From NCBI GenBank assembly GCA_026770705.1, contig JANJGN010000047.1, positions 3,534,001-3,598,000 on the forward strand: 64,000 nt of DNA. Reading direction: 5' to 3'. Positions 52,360 through 62,209 of this stretch are shown here, piece by piece (positions within the stretch are counted from its first letter, which is position 1; each line of letters begins with the position of its first letter). Position numbers and translations under genes: made by a program. Source of the DNA: Isurus oxyrinchus (Eukaryota). A model generated the notes under the pieces. That model did not search any database and had not been told where the DNA came from. It saw nothing but the letters and a program-made list of their open reading frames with translations.

Positions 52360-52820
52360 CGAACGTATTTTCAATCAAGATTCTCGCCAGAATAAACTCT
52401 GGCCTTCCCACATGTATCTCTGTTTATAGGGTGTATGGAAACAGCAGATCTACTGGCAATATTTTTTATAGAGTGGAATATCAAATTTTCAGCAAAGACT
52501 TTCCACAATCATTCCTCTCCAACACTCATCGTTATGGTACTACCAAACTTAAAATTCAACAAGCACCTATCATAAATTGACACTGCTGTAACCGCTTACT
52601 TTTCATTCACAATTAATTTCCAATCCCAATCTTCAATTGTTACTGTCACTGACAACGACATTTTGCCAGAATTTCAAAGCAAAGTATGTTACTGTGAAAA
52701 CTGCTATAGTGAACATAACAGCGGTCTCTGTGCTGATCTATTGGGGGAAAATGACATTTTGGTTAGCTTAGGAACAGAACTGTTCGTGTGTCAGCTACTA
52801 AACAAACTGAATTAACGGGT
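52360..52820 (+). pseudogene. GPCR copy D: heavily decayed 5' part of exon 2
   Basis: ANVFSIKILARINSGLPTCISVY / METADLL / YQIFSKDFPQSFLSNT ... FCQNFKAKYVTVKTAIVNITAVSVLIYWGKMTFWLA*E parallels copy B TM1-TM4; frameshifts; acceptor lost. Confidence 0.8.
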
Positions 52821-53553
52821 GATCAACAAACTGATATTAACAATGTTCACTGGGTTTCCCGCCCTGCCGCGGATTTTTGTTCACTGCCTTCCGGGTAGCG
52901 GGACTTTGGTTCAGATGTATTTTAACTCCATTGCTCATTTTCATTTTATATTATTGTTCAGTTTTCTGACGCATTTTAACGGCTACCGGAGCCCGCAGGG
53001 GATTCCGGACACAGAACAGTAAGAAGTGGAATGGTCTAGAGGTGGAAACCCCAATAAAACCCATTATTTGCCTGCTCAGTACTTCAGGCAGTTTTATGAT
53101 GTTATGGTTCTCAGCTGTTGTCTATTCTGTAACTAACAATTTCGCGGTTCATTACCGACCCGATTTTACATCGCCCCTCAAACTGGTCATATGTTGATTT
53201 ATTTGAGTTCTTGTACAAACATATGTCGTTATGCAGCTACGCAAGCTGTGAACATCCTTTTATGCAGATAAACCTCCTCCATCTAAATAAAAGCAAACTG
53301 TGTTAATACTCATGAGCTGAAAATCCAGCTTTTCCTCCCTAACGTTTCAGGTTTCTTATTAAAATGCATTTCAACCAGGTTCCTGAGTTTATTGATCACC
53401 TGTTTTTTGCAGCTTGTTCCGTTTCTGGCAAATCATCATAATTTAAATAATTTGGATAAATTGTTGTTTGTCCAAGCTTCGGCCAATGGATTCAATTTAA
53501 TGCACATTCAAGTCAGGGAGCTGATAGGAGAAGATAATCATTTCAATCATGGA

Positions 53554-53637
53554 GGCTGTGAGCAGTGTTTGAACGTTCACTCCGAACTGCATACACAATA
53601 ATCATGCACAACACCTTAACCACTCGGTCACCAGAGC
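53554..53637 (-). pseudogene. tRNA-Ser(CGA)-like pseudogene
   Basis: Reverse strand gctctggtgaccgagtggttaaggtgttg...gttcaaacactgctcacagc matches the ends of tRNA-Ser-CGA (GCTGTGATGGCCGAGTGGTTAAGGCGTTG...CTGCTCACAGC); middle decayed. Confidence 0.65.
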
Positions 53638-54329
53638 TGGACAAATGCAGCCTTGTTACATGTCGGTAGAAAATATCAGACAATTGCCTGGACTCATTCA
53701 TTCATCACCTTCACCTCATGAGCCCTTTTTTAACCTCCCAGTCCATGTAAAATTGAAAGTCGAGAATCGTGGAATCCTAAAGATGTGAAGGACGCCTGTC
53801 CGCCCATTGAGTCTGTGCGTGCTATTGTAAATTTCTGAACTCAAGGAAATAGAAACGTTTAGAAGACCTGAAAAGAGGAAAAAAAATGTCGGGATCAGGG
53901 AGAAGGCGAAGGATTGACACTTGGTGAATTTCTATTTCTGAAATCCAACACAGAACGGATGGGCCAAATGGCCTTCTCCAGTGCTTTGCCCATTCTACGA
54001 TTATGTTGGTTCTGGCAGTGTGTAGGTGATGAGGTTGAGGTCACTATGGGATTCTTTCAACTGAAAATGGGACATTACCCTAGGGTGGGGTTGCCGTGAG
54101 GTTTGGAATAGGTCGACATCTTTTTGACTAGTATTCGTTCTTGTATGAGAGCATCGCTGGTATGGTCCTCATTTATTTGTGGAGCCTTCTTCTCCAGTTA
54201 GTTCTTTAATTCTCCACCACCATTCACTACCATATGTGGAAACTCTGCGCAGCTAAAATCTGTTCCTTTGATTGTGGGACGACTTCAAAAGCGATTGTCT
54301 GTGAGGACAGATGACAATAGGGACAGAAA

Positions 54330-54820
54330 CCAAGTGCTGTAATGGGCATGAAATAAACCGAATTTATAGAAGGCACTAGTTGAATCTCAGTTGTTGTATC
54401 CTGTCTAGTTCTGGGCGGTGCTCTTTATGAACGATGTGATGATGTGCAGGGTGTTGGAAAGAGGCCAGTAAAGATTCACGAGAATAGCGCTGGGATGAGG
54501 AAATTCAGTTATGATGGTAGATCGGAGATGTTTGGACTGCTTTCATGGGAGAAACGGAGGCTGAGATGAGATTTGATAGAGAGTTTGAAAATCAACAGGG
54601 TCCTGGCCAGATTAGACAGGGAGAAAATGTTCGCGTTCTTGAAAGGATCAACATGGAGAGGGCAGAGATTTAAAGTAGTTCAATTAAAAAGAGCAACAAA
54701 AAAAAAACACGAGGAAAACATTTACTCTTCTTGCAAAAAGTGGTTAAGGCCTGGATTGCACTGCATGGGAGTGTGCTGGAGGCAGTTTCAAGTGAAGCAC
54801 TAAAAAGGAGATTAGAGGGC
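54330..54820 (+). mobile_element. CR1 ORF2 C-terminal/3' fragment
   Basis: LNL*KALV..QL.Y.V*FW, EKRRLR*DLIE motifs. Confidence 0.75.
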
Positions 54821-55729
54821 TATCTGGCTTTAATTCCTTGCCTGTCGCCCTGGGTCCTGGTTCCAAGTCATCAGAAATGGTTTTAGGCAGATCTTTCCTG
54901 TTCAACGTCACAAATAAATTTATCCAATCCCTCCTGCAATCATGAATAAGGGCTTCGGTACAGGCAGTTAGTGGGGAATATGCATGTACTGAGCTGTTGT
55001 TTCGTGCTTGGAATTGAAGAGAGTATGGACTGAGATTAAGAAGCAAACATATTTCCGGAGGAAGAAAATTGAAAGATTGGCGAGGAAGAAGATCAAGGAA
55101 TATCAACGGCGCTCACCATCTTTCAACTTTTACTCAATGAAGGACCCAAAGGGAACTTCATCTCTCTGCCAAGGAGCTGCTGATCAGTGCAGTGGCCAGA
55201 AAATAAAACTGAAAGGAGCAGAATCCTGATGTTTACTGATGGTGATGTAACCGGGGTAAGCAAGGGAAGGAAATATGGTGGATCCTGAAAAGCTGCCGTC
55301 AGAAAGCCGATGTAAGAAGTACATTTAAAAGACGAACAAAATGGCGGAAGAGATTACAATGTAAGTTACGGTCACTGTTTACAAGAGACAATATACTCAT
55401 TACCAAATCGAGCATAGCCGGTTCCTGTCGGTTTTCGAGTATCTTGTCCCAGCAAACCTCTAATTTCAGATTCAGCCCAGTTGCGGTGAAAGAGCCAAGT
55501 TCGGCGTTAACGCACACACGGAAATGTCACCTGACTGTGTGGGCCCTTCCTTTCAAGGGGCCCTTATATCCCGGGAACTTTGAAAACCATCGCTCATTTG
55601 TGACTCTGAATTTTGTTAGTACACCATCTTTACCTCCATATGTCTTCGACAGACCAACCAATGATCATTTTTCTTTTAAAATCCTATTTCCAATTGCGTG
55701 TGCATTCTTTCTATAGATAATAGAGTTTC

Positions 55730-55801
55730 TTCCTAGTCACGGAATTGAACCATAGTCTCCAAAGTAAAAGGTGGGGATACCAACCACTAAACTAAGGAAG
55801 A
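55730..55801 (-). pseudogene. tRNA-Asp(GTC)-derived pseudogene
   Basis: TCTTCCT TA GTTT AGTGGTTG GTAT C CCCAC CTTTTAC TTTGG AGAC TATGG TTCAATT CCGTG ACTAGGA A: 72-nt gapless alignment to tRNA-Asp; anticodon arm broken. Confidence 0.8.
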
Positions 55802-56084
55802 ATGCAAGAATGGAGCTACACAGGCGCGTACAGGCTTAGATCTTCCATGGCTCTGACATGCGCGCACAGACTCCTTTGCAACGCACCACGAAAAATGATC
55901 ATTGCGCTGTTGCAGAGGAGATGCTATCTGACTGGCCTAAAAGAGCATAATTATCGTCCTTTGTAAAACAAGCTATTAGATATAAAGCAACAAAATGTAA
56001 TTCTGAACATTGTGTGTGTGAGAGATGCAGAGATAATGAAAGAGAAGTGTGGAGAGAGACAGAGAGACCCAGTGGTGCCAGAGG

Positions 56085-56660
56085 AAACTGGAATGGGGAT
56101 ATTTATTTATTGATTCCCAGAGCAATGGGAATGTTATATCCGTATTGAAGAAATTGGAGGTTGGAAATCTACTAATTTGAATTTCTCCCGTGTACATTTT
56201 CGAAAAAAAATCTCACAGAAACTGTTAAAATGCATCTCCTAACTACTGACGCCCAGTGACTTCGCGCCTGCGTGTGTCCACAGGGAACCGCGTTCCCATG
56301 ACAACGGGCCGCGGTGATGATGGCGGCGGCTGTTTCCGGTCAGAAGGCGGGGTCTGGGCCCCGGGGGTCTGGGACTGGCGCCGTGAGGGCGGCCCCAAGC
56401 GGCAGCCTCTTCCGGCTCCAGGTCGGGTAGTGAGTGAGGGAGGTGAAGAATCCCGGACACCAGAGCCCCTGAAATAAGAAACAAAACCAGGTCCCAGGCT
56501 TTTAAATTCCTAGCCGCGCGGCTCTTCCCCGATTAGAAACAGGAGCTTTGGAACGGGGCCGCTCATGTGGGTCCCACAAACCCGTGGAATTGTAAATGTT
56601 TTTAAATCTCGATCCATACACAGACTGATCATCAATAAATAAATATCCCCATTCCAGTTT
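56085..56660. promoter_or_regulatory. CpG-rich promoter-like island bracketed by a perfect 30-bp inverted repeat
   Basis: Arms 56085-56114 and 56631-56660; RFX X-box GTTCCCATGACAAC 56292-56305; YY1-like GATGGCGGC 56319-56327; ETS-like TTCCGG; possible donor GTGAGT ~56430. Confidence 0.65.
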
Positions 56661-56889
56661 GTGAAGGTTACAGTGTTGTGGGGGAGATCAGTCAGGCAGG
56701 AGAGTGATTTTCTAGCTTTGGGGTTCTTTGGGGGGGGTCTCCAGGTGACTGGACGCCCCCATGGAGTCTCCGCTCGTTCACAAAGTTCACTTCATCCCGT
56801 TTCAGTTTCTCTGTGGGAAGGAGAGGGTTTGAAACGAGCTGCTGTCCCGGTTTAAATTCCCAGTCTGAATACAGGATAGACCATTGAGG

Positions 56890-57145
56890 ACTGAGTTGAG
56901 GAGGATTTCTTCACCCAGATTGTGGTGAGCCTGTGGAATTCGCTACCACAGAAAGCAGTTCACAGTAAAACATTGTATGTTTTCAAGAAGGAGGAAGATA
57001 TAACTCTTGGGGAGTACGGGAACAAACGATATGAGGAGAAAGCAAGAACAGGCGATTGAGTTAGGTGATCAGCCGTAATAATATTGAATGGCGGAACAGG
57101 CTCGAAGGGCGAATCGCCTACGCCTGCTCCTATTTCCTATATTTC
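56890..57145 (+). mobile_element. CR1 3' end
   Basis: gaggaggatttcttcacccag...ggaacaggctcgaagggcgaatcgcctacgcctgctcctatttcctat. Confidence 0.8.
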
Positions 57146-57149
57146 TCTT

Positions 57150-57900
57150 TCTACATGGTCAAAACTGAAGGAGATCTGCACTCTCAGTGGGTCAGAAATC
57201 AGGGAGCGCTACACTTTCAAAGGGTCAGGAAAACGGGGGCGCTGCACTGTCAGATTTTCATGACTGAGGTACTGCCGAATTGTGGGGTGTCAGGAATATG
57301 GGGGAGCTGCTCTGTCAGAGATGAGGGCTGCAGTACCGGTGCATTGTCAAAGGATCATGATTGAGGCAGCGCTGCAATGTGAGAGAGTCAGGACTGCAGT
57401 ACCGCTGCACTGTCAAAGGATCAGGATTGAGGCAGTGCTGCAATGTCAGATGGTCAGGAATGAGGCAGCGCCTCACTGTCAGAGGTTCGGGAACGAGGGA
57501 GCGCCGCACAGTCAGTGGGTGAGAACTGAGAGAATTCTGCAAAGTCAGTGGATGGGTAGGGAGGGCCTGCTACATACTTAGTGGGTAACGACTGGAGGAG
57601 GGCTGCACTGTCGGAGGGTCAGCTCTGAGGGACGGCTGCATTGTCAGCGGGTCAGGACTGAAGGAGCACTGCATTGTTAGACGGGCAGGCTGAGAGAGCG
57701 CTACCTTGTCTGAGGACCAGGCCTGAGGGATTGCTGCACTGTCAGAGGATTTGGGCTGAGGAGCACTGCACTGTGTGTGAGGATTGAGGGAGTGCTGCAC
57801 AGCTAGATGGCCAGTACTGAGAGAGTGCTGCACTTTCAGATGTTCAGGTCTACTGGAACGCTGCACTTTCAGTACGTCAGCGCTGTCAGAGGGGAGCTGA
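57150..57900 (+). repeat. Degenerate ~33-bp minisatellite
   Basis: Consensus gtcaggactgagggagcgctgcactgtcagagg; tgtcaaagg at 57345 and 57411. Confidence 0.9.
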
Positions 57901-59386
57901 GCCATGGACTGAGCTCATACACTGACCCTATTCCGCTCCTTAATAATCCCACTCCGACCTGGAACGCTGCCGGCAATTTTTTGATTATAAGAGGAATAGC
58001 CAATGAACATTTCAGGAATTAAATTCAGACACAGAGAGAGAGAGGCTTAAATAGAACAAGTCGAAGAACGTTAAAGCTTTGCTGAACGCCAAGTAGACGA
58101 CTTCAATTGCATTACTCCCATCTGCACACCTGGTCATCTCTTCGAAACATTTGCCCTTCCAACAATTAGCCCTCTCACAAACAGATTTCTGGTTACCCAT
58201 CTATTTCTAACCCATAACATTCTTTTCCTAATTACTTGCTTACAAACTGAAGATAACTAAAGTTAGTAAAATGATCAGTACCAACAACACAAACCTTTGA
58301 GTTGCCCCCAAAAATACATTTAAAACCATTTTGAGTAAAACCTGGTAACAATTGACTTTGATTCATCCTCCCCACCTGCACATCACCTCATGCAATTCTA
58401 AATTATTGGAAAGTCCTGAGTACATACAGTTCAGCAAATGTTTACACATGGACTTTAAAGATTCTCCAGCTCTCTCCACCTGCATCCACCTTGTGGATAT
58501 TTTCTAAATCAAAATCCCTTTTCATTTTAATTTTCCTCCTCCTGGTAGATACCAGTATGTTTAATTTTACCCTGATTCTTCTAAAGTCACTTTTTCCTGT
58601 GGAATATCTGCTTTATGCTTTCCTGATTTATAATGTTTTATCACGCTACTGATCACATTAATCCATTCATGTGCTTCTGTTGCCAAGTATCTGAGCAAGT
58701 CTGGGGCCCATTCTTCAGTACAGGATCATCATACATTTCCACTCTTTAGTTAATGAACGTTAACAAATCATATCTGCACACTCATACCGATATGCCAATA
58801 TCATGCCATCTAATACAAGCCACTCTTAACTCTTAGGTAATGTTAACAGAAGTTGTTCATGGGAAAGGGGGTGATGGGAGAAGGGGGTGGCATCTGCATT
58901 TAGATATTTGCTTATCCACCCGGCATGTGCTGCAGTGTCCGACGGAGTGGGTAGATTATCAAAAGGAGTTTCCTGCAATCATTCAGAGGCAAATACACAA
59001 AATATCAAGATAAAGCCCTCAACTTATTAGTTTCATCTACACTTTCCTGACTGTCATTAAAATGTACATAGATCCATATGGATTGATATATTCTAATCAC
59101 CTTTCGCCAGGAAGAGTTGTTCATTTCCATTTGTTGCTGTTAATCTGCTCCTATATTGTAAGTGGGACATCCCAGTGATTACTCTTCGCTCTCATGCATG
59201 AGCCCTGGAGGAAGTTATCGTCCAATAATATTCACATAATCCAGTGTTTTATATCAAAGACAGAAGTTTTTGCAATCAGTTTATCAATTCACTGTGTTCT
59301 CAGATTGATTAAGGAGGAACAATGTTCACTGCAGTAGGTGATAAATGGGGGCAGATATTTTAGATAATTGGTTCAAAAATGAGGTA

Positions 59387-60400
59387 TAAGAACATAAGAA
59401 TTGGAGAAGGACTAGGCCATTTTGCCCTTCCAATTGCCCCCTCCATTCAATAAGATCATGGCTGATATGCCCCAGATCTCAACTCTTCTTTTGTCCCAGT
59501 TCCTCATAGCCCTCAACTCCCGAATAATTCAAACATCTATCTACCTCCACTTTAAATACATGCAGCGATCTCGCCTCCACAACTGTCTGAGGTCGAGAAT
59601 TACAGGCATTGACTGCCCTCTGAAGGATGAAATCCCTTCGCATTTCAGTTTTAATTGAGTGTCCCCTTATTCTGTAATAATGTCCCCTAGTTCGAGATTC
59701 CCCCATGATGTGGTGTCTTCAACGAACGGACCACAGAAGACTCAGGTACAGGTTAGGAGCGTTTATTCGAGTCATTGCAAGGAGGACACCATCTCAATGT
59801 AGCTTGAGAAAGTACTCTGCTTAAATACAAGTGTTCAACATATTTATATATTATTGGTCACGTACAAGAACAGGTTCCAGATTCCGATCTCGTCAACATT
59901 TAGGTTTACATTACAAAACATCTCTGGTAACAAGTACAACCGTATTTGTTTTCACCCAGGCAGGGACCTTACCATCTGTTCATCCCCTATCAGTTGAAGA
60001 GCACACTTAATCTTAATTGATATTGCCATCCTCTGACTACAGTCCTGCTCCACCGCCTTTCTGTTGTTTGCAGGCCCTAAAGGCTGTGCAAGGTTCACCT
60101 GGTAACCTGTAACTGCCAATGTGCTTAGAGATTTTAAATAATTCATTCTCTTTCAATAATTCATACTGTACCCCGATATTCTGCCTAATAATTACTGTAT
60201 CCATTTATTACCACCTAACAACCACGAGTGGAAATATCTTCTCAACATCAACCCTGTCAAGCCCCCTGAGAATTTTTTACATCTCAATGGGATCGCCCTT
60301 CATTCTTCTAAACTCTAATAAAAACCTCACCTTTCATTGATAAGTCAACCACTTCATCCCTGGGATCAGCCCAGTGAAATTCTTGTGAACTGCCTCCAGT
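59387..60400 (-). mobile_element. CR1 3' end split by a solo LTR (59709-60221)
   Basis: CR1 sequence ...gattcccccatga | ccacgagtggaaat... resumes after the insert; insert starts TGT and has minus-strand TATA (~59845) then AATAAA (59762-59767); TSD ccatga/ccacga. Confidence 0.75.
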
Positions 60401-60689
60401 TTAAGGCGACATAATCCTATGAGAATGATGTAATATCTCGCCATTATTGCAACTAATGCACCAGCAAGAAATCATGGATAACTTGGAGAATCGAATATCT
60501 GCCGCTCATATTCCTCTCTCCACTCTTTCACAATTGACTCCAACATGTTTATTGCACCACTTAATTAGCTGGTCAAAATCTGAATGATACGTTCAAGAAA
60601 GATGGACTTGGAATCGAGAGCGGCATCATAGTTAAAACAGTGAGCACAAATTACAAGCACCAAATTCCAAGGTGTAAAGAAAGATCGAG

Positions 60690-61045
60690 AGAGTTAAATG
60701 TGCAGGCAAGTAAACCGCCAGGTAAAGAGAGAGGTCAAGAGGTCGAGATAGAAGCAAGTACTGAGAAAGAGAGAGAGAGAAGGGGCGGGTAGATGGGGGG
60801 AGAGCCGTAGACTTAGAGAGATGACTAGATTGGTATTGAAGCACATAGAGAAACAAACAGACATATAGATAAATAGAGAGATAGAGAAATAGAGAAAGAG
60901 AAACAAATCTGAAAATATGTCGATTCATATACATAGAAAAATTGAGTGGTAAATAGAAAAAGACAGATAGGTTGAGAGATGGATGGCTAGATAGAGAAAA
61001 ATAGGTAGACAGAGATACACAGATAGAGAGGCAGATGGTGAGAAG
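60690..61045 (+). repeat. GA/GATA-rich low-complexity tract
   Basis: agag/atag reiterations. Confidence 0.8.
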
Positions 61046-61619
61046 TCGTTCCCTCAGTTTTCATTGCTACCTCCCAATTTTGCCTGTTCTACTTCCGTTT
61101 GACCCAACAGGCTCTTGCCTTGCACCTTTGTGACAAAACTCATTTACCACCCCCTCTGGGGCTTGACAGTTGATCCTAAAGTTGACATTTTGGCATGGCG
61201 AGAATTACAACTTTTTTAGTTAAACTGCCGGTGTCAAATATTAGAGTGACGACAACGTAAATGGGAGCCGCATTGCCTCCTGGTGGCTATATTGTGCAAC
61301 TGCAAGTCTCCAGTTTAATGGAATAGGGATTCCACCCTGTGATACAGGCGGTTTCCAATTTCCTCTGCTGCTTCACATGGTAGCACATGTTACATTGCAT
61401 CGCGTTCAATAACTAAAACACTTCGGTCTGCCGGATGTATACTGGCCCTAATGCTGCCCGCCAGCCCGCCTGCACTGCCCTTTATCTTAACCTATTGCAT
61501 TCTACTCCTTTTACACCACCTGTAACATTTCCTCTTCTTACTCCTATCTACATTCACTTGGACTAAATCTGTGCCCTTTCCTTCAACTGTCCTAAGTGGT
61601 AGCGATTTCCAGATTCTCT

Positions 61620-62160
61620 CACATTTTAGTTTATGTTTCCTATCCTTTCATGGGAAGTAGTTGTTTCCTAGCAAGACCAACACTTGTTGCCCATGCCTGA
61701 CTCCCCTTTGAGGGCTTCTTGAACCGCTGGTATACGTTTGGTGCAGGTGCACCCGTGAGTTTGCACCAACGAAGTGCAGATTCCCAGGAATTTGATTCAG
61801 CAGTGTAGGATATAATTCCATCTCAGAACAAGCGGGTGGTGGTGATTGGTTTCACCAGTTGCCCTTGTACATCTCGGTGGCAGAGGTCCCAGGTGTGGAA
61901 GGAGCTGCAGTGAGTACGACAAACTCACTAGTTTGGGAGTGATAGCAAACTATCCTTTAGCTCCTTTAGATCCCTGGCCTCACTGCCTGGGATATCCATA
62001 TCAGGAAAGGATTCATGAGTCGCGTCTCTCTTCCCTTGATCGAAGATGCCTATGGGGGTGACTAACAGATGTGTTTACAGTGATCCACAGGGTTTTGTCA
62101 AATGTGATAAAGGGTGAATGTTTCCTCTTGTGGGTAAGGGCCTGAGTGTGTTATTCGCTT
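61620..62160. mobile_element. LINE 3' fragments
   Basis: ttgttgcccatgcc...gcttcttgaaccgctg (LINE 3'UTR in reverse, also at ~36110-36280) followed by a small CR1 piece. Confidence 0.55.
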
Positions 62161-62209
62161 TTAAATAGCATCTGCAACTAGCTTTTTCATGATGCTTACA
62201 CCCAAGATT

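Noticed and set aside
55008-55229. Basic 73-aa ORF
   Set aside because: Non-ATG start, no recognisable domain or splice structure
57150-57900. ORFs with periodic LHCQR / PLTV motifs resembling zinc fingers
   Set aside because: Translation artefact of the 33-bp minisatellite; no C2H2 spacing
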